This document shows, piece by piece, positions 35,716 to 46,062 of a stretch of DNA of 64,000 nucleotides. Location: assembly GCA_963835065.1 (NCBI GenBank), contig CAWIEK010000049.1:320001-384000 (forward strand), given 5' to 3'. The notes under the pieces were generated by a model, which was not told the origin of the DNA, did not search any database, and saw only the letters and a program-made list of their open reading frames with translations. This DNA is from an uncultured Chthonomonadaceae bacterium (GTDB lineage: Bacteria; Armatimonadota; Chthonomonadetes; Chthonomonadales; Chthonomonadaceae). Position 1 is the stretch's first letter. Each line of letters opens with the position of its first letter. Position numbers and translations under genes: made by a program.

Positions 35716-36600
35716 ATGGGAACGGTCCGCTACACAGTTATAGACGGCGAAGTGATTGCCGAAAAGCGCAACGGCGTCAGAAAGCTGTACGTGCCCGACC
35801 CGCTCGGCTCGACGGTCGCGTTGCTGGACAACACGCAGGCGCAGACAGATACCTTCTCCTACTGGCCTTACGGCGAGGATGCGGGCAGAACCGGAACTAC
35901 GCCTACTCCCTTCCGGCACGTGGGAACACTCGGTTACTACTATGATAGCAGCACGAGAAGCTACGTGCGGGCCCGCGAAGTTGATAAGCAGAAGGGGCGA
36001 TGGCTGACACAAGACCCTATCGGGTTTAAAGGAGGGGACTGGAACATCTATCGCTATGCCAGGTTGATTCCAACAACTCTGATCGATCCTAGCGGATTAG
36101 ACGTTTTCATGTGTTGTGCCAAAGTTGCAGGAGTGAATGGACATTGCTTCATTTCCACAAACAAGTGTGGAGCTTACGGATTTCATCCAAATGGAGGTAA
36201 GAACTGCGGTGCTGTTGTTGGCCTTAGCGGTGGAATGGTCACTGCTGATGATAGTTATTTGCTATGGGATCCCAAGTATCCTGTCCCACCGAATCTGAAG
36301 TACTTAATAGATGATCCCAAATGGCATGGTCATTATTTGCCGGGGAAAGGGGATGAGGTGAGATGCACAAAATTGCCAAACATGGCACAACATGAGCAAG
36401 ATTTATGTTCATGTATGGAAAACTCTGCTAAGAACCCTCCAACCTTCAGTTGTTTCAACACCTGCCAAAATTGGGTCAAATCAATGCTAGATTGTGCCTG
36501 CTCAAAAAGCGGGTTTCAAATATACGAAGGAGCGGTTAGCGGCTGCTTTGACGGCACTCTTCTTTGGAAACGAGGCGGAGCACCTGACAACGTGTTCTAA
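35716..36600 (+). CDS. Rhs core + toxin cassette 1 (permuted papain-like CT)
   Basis: PDPLGS, YWPYGE, GRWLTQDPIG, DPSGL; CT with GHCFI...NTCQNWV. Confidence 0.85.
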   Translation: MGTVRYTVIDGEVIAEKRNGVRKLYVPDPLGSTVALLDNTQAQTDTFSYWPYGEDAGRTGTTPTPFRHVGTLGYYYDSSTRSYVRAREVDKQKGRWLTQDPIGFKGGDWNIYRYARLIPTTLIDPSGLDVFMCCAKVAGVNGHCFISTNKCGAYGFHPNGGKNCGAVVGLSGGMVTADDSYLLWDPKYPVPPNLKYLIDDPKWHGHYLPGKGDEVRCTKLPNMAQHEQDLCSCMENSAKNPPTFSCFNTCQNWVKSMLDCACSKSGFQIYEGAVSGCFDGTLLWKRGGAPDNVF

Positions 36601-36627
36601 ACACGGCATTGGCATAAAATATATTAC

Positions 36628-36915
36628 ATGAATAATATAATAAAAAAATTAATATTTTTTTTAATTATAGCAATTTTATCTAGCGTTGTTATGTTGAGAT
36701 TAGCTTGTAAGTTCATTGTCACGTCGTTTTATCGCCCTATTGACGTAGAAGTTGCCATCCGAACCGGAAATATAACCTATCTACAGGACTATCTCTCGAT
36801 GGGTGGAAATCCAAATATTAAGACTGTAGGGGGGAATAGTCTTCTGCACTTAGCAAAACAATGTCACCAGATAAAAAGTGAGTACCTCCTCAAACAAGCA
36901 GGGGCACAAGAGTAA
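36628..36915 (+). CDS. Putative immunity protein (TM + ankyrin-like)
   Basis: AT-rich; GGNPN...GNSLLHLA...LLKQAGA. Confidence 0.65.
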   Translation: MNNIIKKLIFFLIIAILSSVVMLRLACKFIVTSFYRPIDVEVAIRTGNITYLQDYLSMGGNPNIKTVGGNSLLHLAKQCHQIKSEYLLKQAGAQE

Positions 36916-37309
36916 GCAATACCGTAGTTATGGCCTTGTGCTAGTGAGAACGCCGTCGAGATAGGATTTTCGATCCACAAATGCTTGTTTTTGCGAAACC
37001 GGCCTAAAATGATATAGGCATCCTAACTAGCACAAGGCTCTAAGTGGCCGGACGTAATCCACTCGTGGTTTTCCAATGTGTAGAATCTACGAGTGAACTC
37101 TGAGCACCCACTTAGTAGTCCGTCAAGGTAGGACGTAGAAATGGAAATCACGATACAGAACTGGCTCCAAGCCTCAATTCTATCCTTAGATTCTATCGTT
37201 TTGGAGTGCCAGCAGCACAATCATAATTCTAACAACAACTTTGCAGTATGTTATTTTAATATTATTCAATATATATTACTTGAATTTAATATAATGGAGC
37301 ATTGTAGAC

Positions 37310-38107
37310 ATGGCAATGAAAACGCGCTATACAGTCATAGACGGCGAAGTCATCGCAGAAAAACGTAACGGGGTACGACGGGAGTACGTCCCCGATCCAC
37401 TCGGCTCAACAGTAGCTCTGCTAGACAACACGCAGACACAGACCGACACATTCAGATACTGGCCCTATGGAGAGGTCGCCAGCAGAACCGGCACTACGCC
37501 CACGCCATTTCAGTTCGTGGGGACACTTGGTTATTATCGTGACAGTTCGAGCCGAACCTATATCCGTGCACGATATCTAACTCCCCAAACGGGAAGATGG
37601 TTGACGGAGGACCCTCTCTTCTTTGAAGGCGGTGACTACAACTGTTACAGATACGTCACCAACCAACCAACCTATCTAACGGATGCCACAGGCAAATACA
37701 TTACAATTGGTTGTAATGACCAACAAAGGAAACAGATTCGAAAGAACATGGATTACCTTTGTGAGCGTTTGAAGCATCTTTCATTGTTGCCTAGAAACTT
37801 CCCAGGTCTCGCCTGTCTAAAATCACGATGTGGCCTTGCTAGCGGAGGACACGGCGGAGTTATTAGATGTTTGAGGCGTGGTGACCCGGATTGCGGTCCT
37901 AATGATTGTGCGTTCACATGGGCACAAACACCTAAGCAAGGAATAAACCTTTGCGCGATAGCTTGGAACCCGCAACGGTGCGGATGCCTTGGTTCTACGA
38001 TTGTCCATGAATTTGTCCACTCATGTATTGGTGATCCCTCTGAGCAACACACTTATGAGTGTGAAGATATTCTCTACGGACCGAATAAACCTCCTTGTCC
38101 ATCTTAA
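37310..38107 (+). CDS. Rhs core + toxin cassette 2 (HExxH metallopeptidase CT)
   Basis: Same core; DATG; TIVHEFVH. Confidence 0.85.
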   Translation: MAMKTRYTVIDGEVIAEKRNGVRREYVPDPLGSTVALLDNTQTQTDTFRYWPYGEVASRTGTTPTPFQFVGTLGYYRDSSSRTYIRARYLTPQTGRWLTEDPLFFEGGDYNCYRYVTNQPTYLTDATGKYITIGCNDQQRKQIRKNMDYLCERLKHLSLLPRNFPGLACLKSRCGLASGGHGGVIRCLRRGDPDCGPNDCAFTWAQTPKQGINLCAIAWNPQRCGCLGSTIVHEFVHSCIGDPSEQHTYECEDILYGPNKPPCPS

Positions 38108-38235
38108 TTAATGTACGCGACTAGCGAGAAGCGGACCTGATGCCAATGGGCTGGATAAAAAATGTAGAAAGGAAAATGCAGCCACTGCCTTCATCCAATC
38201 GGAAAACGAGGGTTTGTTGCTGCACCGAAATAGCC

Positions 38236-38736
38236 ATGAAAGCCATACGATTGATATGCCCATCATGCCTTCTAGTTGCAACTTTGTGCTGTAACTCACT
38301 TAGCCAGAACCATGGAACCCAAACACCCTCACTAACATCCATCCAAGACAATGTGCGAGAATGCGTATTCCGCTATCAAATCGCGAATTTCGGGATTTCA
38401 GATAGAGACTACAGTAAGCACTTTTTTGTGGGTAATGGTTTTGAGGCAAAGGATGATCCTTCGCCAGAAATAGTCTCGAATCTCCAGTCAAGCACCTACA
38501 GCGTTAAAGGAATTTCACAATGTAAAAGTTCGACAGGAGGCGTAATAGACGCGAAAACGAAAGAGAGAGGTCTGCTGTTTGTGGTGACGAAAATAAAATC
38601 CATTTCGGCTAAACAATTTCAGGTAAACGCACGTTTCTTTAAGAGCGGAAAGTCTGGTAACGCCGCACTTTATACTGTAAATAGCCTCAATGGTAGATGG
38701 AAGGTTGTAAAGTGCAAAATACTTGCTTTGTACTAA
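38236..38736 (+). CDS. Putative immunity protein (exported/lipoprotein-like)
   Basis: Follows cassette 2; N-terminal hydrophobic segment with Cys. Confidence 0.55.
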   Translation: MKAIRLICPSCLLVATLCCNSLSQNHGTQTPSLTSIQDNVRECVFRYQIANFGISDRDYSKHFFVGNGFEAKDDPSPEIVSNLQSSTYSVKGISQCKSSTGGVIDAKTKERGLLFVVTKIKSISAKQFQVNARFFKSGKSGNAALYTVNSLNGRWKVVKCKILALY

Positions 38737-38819
38737 TGCAACTACAATCCTGTGAAGATCAAGGCTTAGGCCATTTCGTAGGTAGGACTTGCCATGAATC
38801 AAACAGGCGTTAATTTCAA

Positions 38820-39041
38820 TCGTATGTTTCTTTGCTACATTCTCCATGATGATGTTTTTATATTGCCACTTCTGCAGAATAGGTACTCTTCCAGAAAGCG
38901 GGCTAGGTGTTCGCCTTCATCAGCCGCGTTCCCTGGCACGACCAGCCCGGTGACGGGCTGAGACGCAGCGCGTTCGAGGCAGGCGGCGTGTTGACCACCA
39001 TGATTTGGGATGGCGACGACTATCTGATGGAGAAAAGCTGA
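38820..39041 (+). pseudogene. Chimeric remnant: 5' piece of the 46850 gene joined to the Rhs 3' remnant
   Basis: 38907-38954 is nearly identical to 46938-46984 and continues in-frame QPGD-GLRRSAFEAGG...YLMEKS*. Confidence 0.75.
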
Positions 39042-39042
39042 T

Positions 39043-39939
39043 ATGGGAACGGTCCGCTACACAGTTATAGACGGCGAAGTGATTGCCGAAAAGCGCAACG
39101 GCGTCAGAAAGCTGTACGTGCCCGATCCGCTCGGCTCGACGGTGGCTCTGCTGGACAACACGCAGGCGCAAACCGACACGTTCAGCTACTGGCCGTATGG
39201 CGAAGATGCGGGCAGAACCGGAAGTACGCCCACGCCCTTCCAATACGTGGGCACGGCTGGATACTACCGAGACAGCAGCATCAGGGACTATGTACGAACC
39301 AGAACTTTAAGCACGCTACAGGGCAGATGGATCACCGAGGACCCCATTGGCTACATCGGTGGAGATTGGAACTTCTTTCGATACGTCATGGATAGTCCGA
39401 TGTCGGGAGCCGATGTGAGTGGTATGTCTAAGGATTACAAGCCGCCGTGGCTAAATCCGAGATCGCAAACCGGTCGTAAAACACGAGCCTGTCTGCACAA
39501 TGCAATATCCGAATTTTCTAAAAAATATCCCTCGTGCATGAAGGCATTCAACAGTAAATTTCCCAATCAATCTCTGTACAAGATGATGCTATGCATTATG
39601 GCCTGTGAGAACTCTGATCCTCCGAGTTCCACCAACCCCTTCAAGCCAGACCGGGGACATAAAATTGGAGACCCCGAAACGGGAATAGGTCCCTGCCGCC
39701 TAAATCCAGGGGACAAAAATAGGAATAAAAAGTACAATGACAGGGAGTATCCAAAATGGGACAAGAACTATTGTCAGAACATTCGAGCTGGCTTGGATCT
39801 GATGTGCAAGTGGGTGCAAGGAAAGCTGGATGAACCGCAAAAGGACGGCACAGTAATTATTATGCCGTCTCCATGGAACGTGATGACGGATGGTTATCCT
39901 TGCTACAGCCAGTGCATGGCCGACAAATCCGTATCGTGA
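39043..39939 (+). CDS. Rhs core + toxin cassette 3 (lysozyme/SLT-like CT)
   Basis: Same core; CT with CIMACENS...GIGPCRL...QNIRAG. Confidence 0.8.
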   Translation: MGTVRYTVIDGEVIAEKRNGVRKLYVPDPLGSTVALLDNTQAQTDTFSYWPYGEDAGRTGSTPTPFQYVGTAGYYRDSSIRDYVRTRTLSTLQGRWITEDPIGYIGGDWNFFRYVMDSPMSGADVSGMSKDYKPPWLNPRSQTGRKTRACLHNAISEFSKKYPSCMKAFNSKFPNQSLYKMMLCIMACENSDPPSSTNPFKPDRGHKIGDPETGIGPCRLNPGDKNRNKKYNDREYPKWDKNYCQNIRAGLDLMCKWVQGKLDEPQKDGTVIIMPSPWNVMTDGYPCYSQCMADKSVS

Positions 39940-40175
39940 AAAACGATTGTACCAAACAGTACAAATGTAATTTGTCGCTCAAGCTTGTTCGAGGATATTT
40001 CAAGATCTTGCGAAATAACAGGCTCTTGTGAAAGGTTTAACAGACGATTTTAGCATTTTGACAAAATTATCTTGGAGCACTTGCGTAACATGCTTGATTG
40101 CATAAGCGAGCGAGCTTAAGTAACAAGTTGGATGCACTAAAATTAGTACTCAATATCATTTGAAAGTATTCGACA

Positions 40176-41270
40176 TTGCTTATATGTAACCGGACATTAA
40201 AAAGACTGGGTATTGCTTTCACCGCTTGTATGATTACCGTATGTGCGATCCTTCCCCATGAAAAGTTATTGTTGCTCCAATCCCGCAAGATCGTTGCTGT
40301 ACCCGGCTGGGACGGTGCATATCGTCAATTGGCTTGGTCCTCTGACACCAACGTGTGGCTGGAGGGCAACGAGAACTTCTCTGGGGGAAACATTTCTCTA
40401 TTCGTCTATAACACGCGCACAGGTATTCAGAAGCCTCATGCAGTTTGGCAGAAACGCCTTCAGCAACGTCAGGATAAGTATAACACCTTCTGGATATCGC
40501 CCGATGGGGTTTGGCTGCTCTGCACCGATTACTACAAAGCTGCTATCAGCGCGACTACTGCCAGTGGCACTCCGTCGGTCTGCTGGCACAGCGCGTTGTG
40601 GGATAGCAAGAACAAAGGCCCACTCACCCGTTACCTCGGCTGGCACGGCATTCACTGGTTTCCCGATAGTCGGCACTGGGTGCAATCCGTGTTCAATCCC
40701 ACAAACGGCCAGGCAAGCTATCTTGCCGTTCGTGACGTAGGTTCACCGACTACTCTCTTGCATGTTCCTATTCCGGTCGCCTGTCAACCGCTCTTCACAG
40801 CAGAAGATTATGATACGGTGTACCTGTCATCCATGCTCCTTGTACAGGAGCAGTTCCCTTCTATTCTTTATCGTGATGCGTCTGTGCATGTAGTGACCGT
40901 GTATGAAGCTGACCTAGCCCTGGCGACGCCTCCTCGTAAGCATCGGATTACGCTTCCAGCAGAGTGGCAGGTGCAGCAGATACAACTCTCGCCGCAGGCA
41001 AGCCAACTTGCCTGGGTGGTACATACCCGGTGGGTGCTGCCGATTGTCCTCCTCATGCAGCGGATGCACATACCCGTGAATATTGCGTCCACCGAAGTAA
41101 CCTCGTTGTATATCAGTGACTTGGAGGGGCAGAATTTCCGAGAGATTGGTCATGTTCCTACGCCTCCCGAACCGAACCAGGATATAAAAGTGAAATGGAT
41201 GCCGGAGGGGAAGCAGATTAGTTTTGTGTACAAGAATGTATTGTACGCCTGCTTCGCGGGAAACCATTAA
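40176..41270 (+). CDS. Membrane-anchored TolB-like beta-propeller, candidate immunity protein
   Basis: TM; SPDGxW, WFPDSRH, WMPEGKQISF; paralog of 44876. Confidence 0.65.
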   Translation: MLICNRTLKRLGIAFTACMITVCAILPHEKLLLLQSRKIVAVPGWDGAYRQLAWSSDTNVWLEGNENFSGGNISLFVYNTRTGIQKPHAVWQKRLQQRQDKYNTFWISPDGVWLLCTDYYKAAISATTASGTPSVCWHSALWDSKNKGPLTRYLGWHGIHWFPDSRHWVQSVFNPTNGQASYLAVRDVGSPTTLLHVPIPVACQPLFTAEDYDTVYLSSMLLVQEQFPSILYRDASVHVVTVYEADLALATPPRKHRITLPAEWQVQQIQLSPQASQLAWVVHTRWVLPIVLLMQRMHIPVNIASTEVTSLYISDLEGQNFREIGHVPTPPEPNQDIKVKWMPEGKQISFVYKNVLYACFAGNH

Positions 41271-41354
41271 CATCATTTGTCTGACTATCCTTTCATAGAT
41301 GCGTTTAGCTAATACGTGGTCTAGCCAAGCATCTTCATTATAGGAACCTTAGTT

Positions 41355-42250
41355 ATGGGAACAGTCCGCTACACGGTCATAGATGGCGAAGTCATTGCCG
41401 AGAAGCGCAACGGCGTCAGGAAGCTCTACGTGCCCGACCCGCTTGGCTCCACGGTGGCTCTGCTGGACAACACGCAGGCGCAGACCGACACGTTCAGCTA
41501 CTGGCCTTACGGAGAGGACGCGGGCAGAACCGGAGCCACGCCAACGCCGTTCCGCTATGTGGGTCAGCTAGGCTACTATCAAGACGGTGCCAATAGAAGT
41601 TACGTACGATCACGCTATCTCAAACAGGGGACAGGCCTATGGTTGACTTAAGATCCTCTTGGATTAGGATCAGGAGACAGTAATTTCTATCGTTATATCT
41701 TCAACGATCCCATTAGCTCAACAGATCGAACGGGCTTAAGACCAGCACGTGAAGGCATTGACGTGTGTGGATCGGATCCCAAGCATAATGATCCAGGTAT
41801 CCGAAAGCCAATTGGTCCGTGTCGTGATGGCGGAACTGCTGTTTGTGTTACATGTTATGAGACAACTGCAAAAGGCGGAAATGGCATCGCACATCCGGAT
41901 GCTCCAGGCTGTGGTTGTCACCCTCGCACTCCGCGTCTAGGCGATTGCTCCATTACTCAACTCCTGGTCATCTTAAACAATGTAATCCAGGTAATGAGAT
42001 TATCTTTTCCGATTTGATGAATGGGAACTCTATGGGTGGAAAGTTACCCGGTGGAAGATGCAAAGCATGTGACGGCGGACAATATCATAGCGGCATTGAT
42101 GTGTTTGTAGGTGGGACAAAAGCACAGTGCGACAAAGCGTTCAAAAACCTTGGCTTTGCACACGGCACAAATTGGTACTGTGTCCAATGTATTGATGTAA
42201 AGTACATTGCCAATCCGCCACTTCAAACTCCACTGCCTCGAAGCACGTAA
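41355..42250 (+). pseudogene. Rhs core + toxin cassette 4 (3D-domain-like CT), premature TAA and frameshift
   Basis: WLT*DPLG at 41649; reading continues to DRTGL; CT ..CDGG...IDVFVG in a shifted frame. Confidence 0.8.
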
Positions 42251-42541
42251 TCTCTGTAGGGATTAGGTGGTTGTTGCTTAAAGTCATGCTTCCCCAATCT
42301 CATAGGAGTTTCTCTGCGATGGCAGGAACTGTGTCATCGAATTTTTTAATGGCAGAAAATTTGACATCTAAGGATTGCGAATGAGATTGAAGCATTATTG
42401 TGAGCAAACGCCGCGTAAGTCATAGCCTGTATATCAGAGAAGGAGTATCACTTTGGCGACATATTCTTTACATCCAATGGTTGTTTACTCTTCAATGACC
42501 GATGATGCTCTGAAATCGGGAGTGAGAAGTTCAAGGACAGT

Positions 42542-43516
42542 GTGTTGGTTTCTAAAAATTTAATCAAAATACTGCTTTATTCTTTGATGCTTGTAGCGTC
42601 TTTCGTATTGTATACAAGTGTCAAATTCAACCAGCAGAAACTCAACAACTCACTCATTGAGAGTATTAAACGCAATGATACTTCTAGGGCTATCGCCCTT
42701 CTCAACCAAGGAGCCGATGCAAATGCTCGTGCTGCCGTTCATCCACTTGGGCTAATCTGGTGCGATATCTTTGAAAGATTTTCCTTATGGGGGCGGGCTG
42801 AAGAGAAACCCCCTTCCGCTTTAGTCATTGCCCTCAACATAAAAGTTGGAACTCGAAAGCACGACGATGCCTATGCCGACCCAGATATGATAGTCCAAGC
42901 GCTACTGAACTCTGGAGCTGATGTTCATATTCGAACTGACGACGGAGAAACGCTTATACTACTTGCGGCAGAACATCATCAGTATAAAGTAATGAAGGAG
43001 ATACTACGACATACAAATTATGGGGTAAATCAGTATGATGAAGATCATTGGACGCCCCTGATGTACGCCAGTAGAGACCAGAACAACAGCATGGTGAATT
43101 TGTTACTGACGAGAGGGGCAAGTATCAATGCGAAGGACAAGCAGGGGGATACGGCTCTTATCATCGCTAGCGAACAGTCAAAAAATTCTACAGTTGTTAC
43201 TACTTTGACGCATGAAGGTGCTGATGTTAATGCCCGCAATATCTATGGAGAAACAGCTCTCATAAAAGCAGCATGGGAAGGTGACACAAATTCTATTAGC
43301 CTACTATTGAATGCTGGCGCGGACATCAATGCTGAAGCGACAGAGACCGGAGGTGAAACCGCTTTAACACAAGCGGTTCACATGGGCCATGCTTCCGCTG
43401 TAAAACTATTGATCACTAGAGGGGCGAGCATAAACCAAAGCGGCCTACTTTCCTATGCCAAGGCGAGCCATCAAGACGACATCTTTGATGCTCTTCAACG
43501 AGCAGGAGCAAGATGA
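42542..43516 (+). CDS. Membrane-anchored ankyrin repeat protein, candidate immunity protein
   Basis: TM; multiple G.TAL..A...GADVNA repeats. Confidence 0.9.
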   Translation: MLVSKNLIKILLYSLMLVASFVLYTSVKFNQQKLNNSLIESIKRNDTSRAIALLNQGADANARAAVHPLGLIWCDIFERFSLWGRAEEKPPSALVIALNIKVGTRKHDDAYADPDMIVQALLNSGADVHIRTDDGETLILLAAEHHQYKVMKEILRHTNYGVNQYDEDHWTPLMYASRDQNNSMVNLLLTRGASINAKDKQGDTALIIASEQSKNSTVVTTLTHEGADVNARNIYGETALIKAAWEGDTNSISLLLNAGADINAEATETGGETALTQAVHMGHASAVKLLITRGASINQSGLLSYAKASHQDDIFDALQRAGAR

Positions 43517-43854
43517 AACAACAGGAATGGCTCACTTAAACGAATGACGAAGGCGCATCGCACAATGGTTTTATCCCTTTCAAGGCCTACTGCACGATAT
43601 TGCTTCAACTTGCTATGCGCCATTTGTCGGGGTATCACGTCTTGTGCCGTGCATAGCAGTTCTTTGCGGTACAGTTTCAGGTGTCCAAACTACCTCTTAT
43701 CGAGAGGGTAAGCCGATAGATTGGTTCGTGGCTAAGTATTAGTCAGGTGACCACCCGATTGCTTTTGAAGAGTATGAGCCATGTCCATCCGAATTTGCGG
43801 AGCGCTTCACGGTTGGCATAAGACCTAGCATTACAATAGTGGAGAAAAGCTGAT

Positions 43855-44691
43855 ATGGGTACAGTCCGCTATACAGTCATAGACGGCGAAGTGATCGCCG
43901 AGAAGCGCAACGGCGTCAGGAAACTGTACGTGCCCGATCCGCTTGGTTCGACGGTGGCTCTGCTGGACAACACGCAGACGCAGACCGACACGTTCAGCGA
44001 CTGGCCCTATGGCGAAGACGCGGGCAGAACTGGAAATACGTCAACCCCCTTTAGGTATGTGGGCATGTGGGGCTACTATCAAGACAGCACAACCACCTAT
44101 GTGCGAGCTCGGTACCTTTACATGCAAAAGGGAAGGTGGTTGACGCAAGATCCACTCGGGATTGATGGTGGGGATTTAAGTTTATATAGATATGCCGAGA
44201 ACGATCCACAAAACACCGCAGACCCGAGTGGTTTTCAAACGAACTTAGACGATCCCACGAAGTTCAAGTGTCCAGCAGGATACAACCCCGTCTGGATTAC
44301 TGGATATGGTGCTAACACAGGTCCCGTTCATCCACCAGGTAAGCCAGAAAGGCAAGCTCAAAAATACGACTGTGCGGTTGCAGACCCAGACAATGCGGAA
44401 CCTGTATGCCCTCAGGGGAGCCTTGTCCACATACGTGATCGAACAGATGGAAAGCGTAAGGGAAAACCTCGCTATGGAAAGCCCATTGAACTCTGCCTAG
44501 TCTGTGACACTGGTCCTGATGTGGGGCATAACGGTAGTCACCAATTACCACAGATAGATATATATGTCGGAGGAAGTAACAAAATGACGGATAGACAGCA
44601 AGATAGACGTTTAGTAAGAAGAGGCTATAAGGATGGGGGATCTTGGTATTGCTACAAATGCCTACCTGGAAAAAATTCCAAACCCAAATAA
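43855..44691 (+). CDS. Rhs core + toxin cassette 5 (3D-domain-like CT)
   Basis: Same core; DPSGF; ITGY...AVAD...CDTG...IDIY. Confidence 0.85.
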   Translation: MGTVRYTVIDGEVIAEKRNGVRKLYVPDPLGSTVALLDNTQTQTDTFSDWPYGEDAGRTGNTSTPFRYVGMWGYYQDSTTTYVRARYLYMQKGRWLTQDPLGIDGGDLSLYRYAENDPQNTADPSGFQTNLDDPTKFKCPAGYNPVWITGYGANTGPVHPPGKPERQAQKYDCAVADPDNAEPVCPQGSLVHIRDRTDGKRKGKPRYGKPIELCLVCDTGPDVGHNGSHQLPQIDIYVGGSNKMTDRQQDRRLVRRGYKDGGSWYCYKCLPGKNSKPK

Positions 44692-44875
44692 CCATAGTTT
44701 CATATCGAATTTCTGTGTGGCATGTTTGATAGGTAACTCAAGGTGCATTGGTGCAAGCTGAAAGCAGATGCAGCGAGGGCTTGCGCATCTGACAGCCAGT
44801 TGACATTGCTTCTACCTTCTTGTAGCGATATATGCTTGACTGCTGCAAACCCCGACTGGAACGGCGATTGAAGCT

Positions 44876-45922
44876 ATGACCGATGAAGTGACAGAGGGTG
44901 AGGAGACCACGATGCAAGCAGGCAGGCGTAGATTGTATTGGACTTTTGCGGTGACGCTAATAGGAATGAGCCTTGTGGCGGCTCTATTGTTTCTATCTCA
45001 TCCCCATTCTCTTTTAGGGCATGCCACTAAAATCGCAGATGTACACACATGGCAGTGCCAATCTGATGCGGTTGAGTTCTACTGGCTCTCCGATTATCAA
45101 TTGCTCTATCAGTCCGCAAGTACAACAAGCAAGTCCGGAAGCACTATACATAGTGGTACCTATTTTCTATGGAACTTACGTACCAACCATCATACCCCGC
45201 TTCCGCTTCTGACCAAGCATGTCTTTACCGTCAGGCAAAGACAGGATGAAAGGCTCTACCCTTCACCGGATGGGCAGTGGATCTATATGCTTGCAGGGCA
45301 CCATTTGCTGATGCTTTGCCGTCTGGATGGTACACATTTTCGAGAGTGGAACGACGCGAATGGAGCAGACTGGTTGCCTGATAGCAGGCATTTGGTTGTC
45401 GGAAAATGGAGTGGCTCTGTCCAACATAGCGTTGATGAATCTGAGGCTGATATCTCCCTTACAACACGCCATATAGGTCATGAGCTATCTAGTGGAGATT
45501 TAATTAAAATGCATTGGAATTCCTCTGACCCTACCAAATTGCATGTTACACTCTATGATAAAGGGACTATACTCCAAAAGAAATGGCAGAAGGATTTAAC
45601 CTGGCCTGCGTCGAGTCGGTTGGAAGGCACGGAGCTTTCTTTGCAAGGAGATCAGATTGCTTGCCTGCTGTTAGTAACGTATACACAGTCATGGCTTCGA
45701 TGGGCGAATCGTATTCTTCCACAGATACCATTGCGTTCTTCTGCCCGTTATGAGTTATGGATATGTCGAATTGACGGAACACAACGTAAGATGCTCGGCT
45801 TCATACCCGCCAAGTCGGATACCGATGAAACGCGAGAAGCAAAGCAGATCGGTTGGCTGCCTGGTGGGAAGCATCTCAGTTTGATTTATCAAGACACACT
45901 CTACACCGTTCCTACCGACTAA
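44876..45922 (+). CDS. Membrane-anchored TolB-like beta-propeller, candidate immunity protein
   Basis: TM; SPDGQW, WLPDSRH, WLPGGKHLSL. Confidence 0.65.
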   Translation: MTDEVTEGEETTMQAGRRRLYWTFAVTLIGMSLVAALLFLSHPHSLLGHATKIADVHTWQCQSDAVEFYWLSDYQLLYQSASTTSKSGSTIHSGTYFLWNLRTNHHTPLPLLTKHVFTVRQRQDERLYPSPDGQWIYMLAGHHLLMLCRLDGTHFREWNDANGADWLPDSRHLVVGKWSGSVQHSVDESEADISLTTRHIGHELSSGDLIKMHWNSSDPTKLHVTLYDKGTILQKKWQKDLTWPASSRLEGTELSLQGDQIACLLLVTYTQSWLRWANRILPQIPLRSSARYELWICRIDGTQRKMLGFIPAKSDTDETREAKQIGWLPGGKHLSLIYQDTLYTVPTD

Positions 45923-46062
45923 TGGCTACTCCAGCAATATATTATATCCTCTATAATGACGCATCCTATCTCGGGGTTTCCATACAGTTCTTTGCGGAAG
46001 CGAACGACGTATTCGTCCTCGTCAGCCGCGTTCCTGGGTATGACCAGTCGGACAACTGGTAG
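45922..46062 (+). pseudogene. Degenerate 5' copy of the 46850 gene
   Basis: YYILYNDASYLGVSIQFF...VSRVPGYDQSDNW* vs CYILHDDASYLAASMQSF...ISRVPWHDQPGDW. Confidence 0.7.

Noticed and set aside
41649..41651. Stop-codon recoding in Rhs cassette 4
   Set aside because: TAA ends many genes here and the cassette has a further frameshift; mutation or error is simpler
35716..44200. Repeated about 200-bp units as a CRISPR or integron array
   Set aside because: Repeats are coding Rhs cores; no short regular repeat-spacer pattern, cas genes, attC sites or integrase seen
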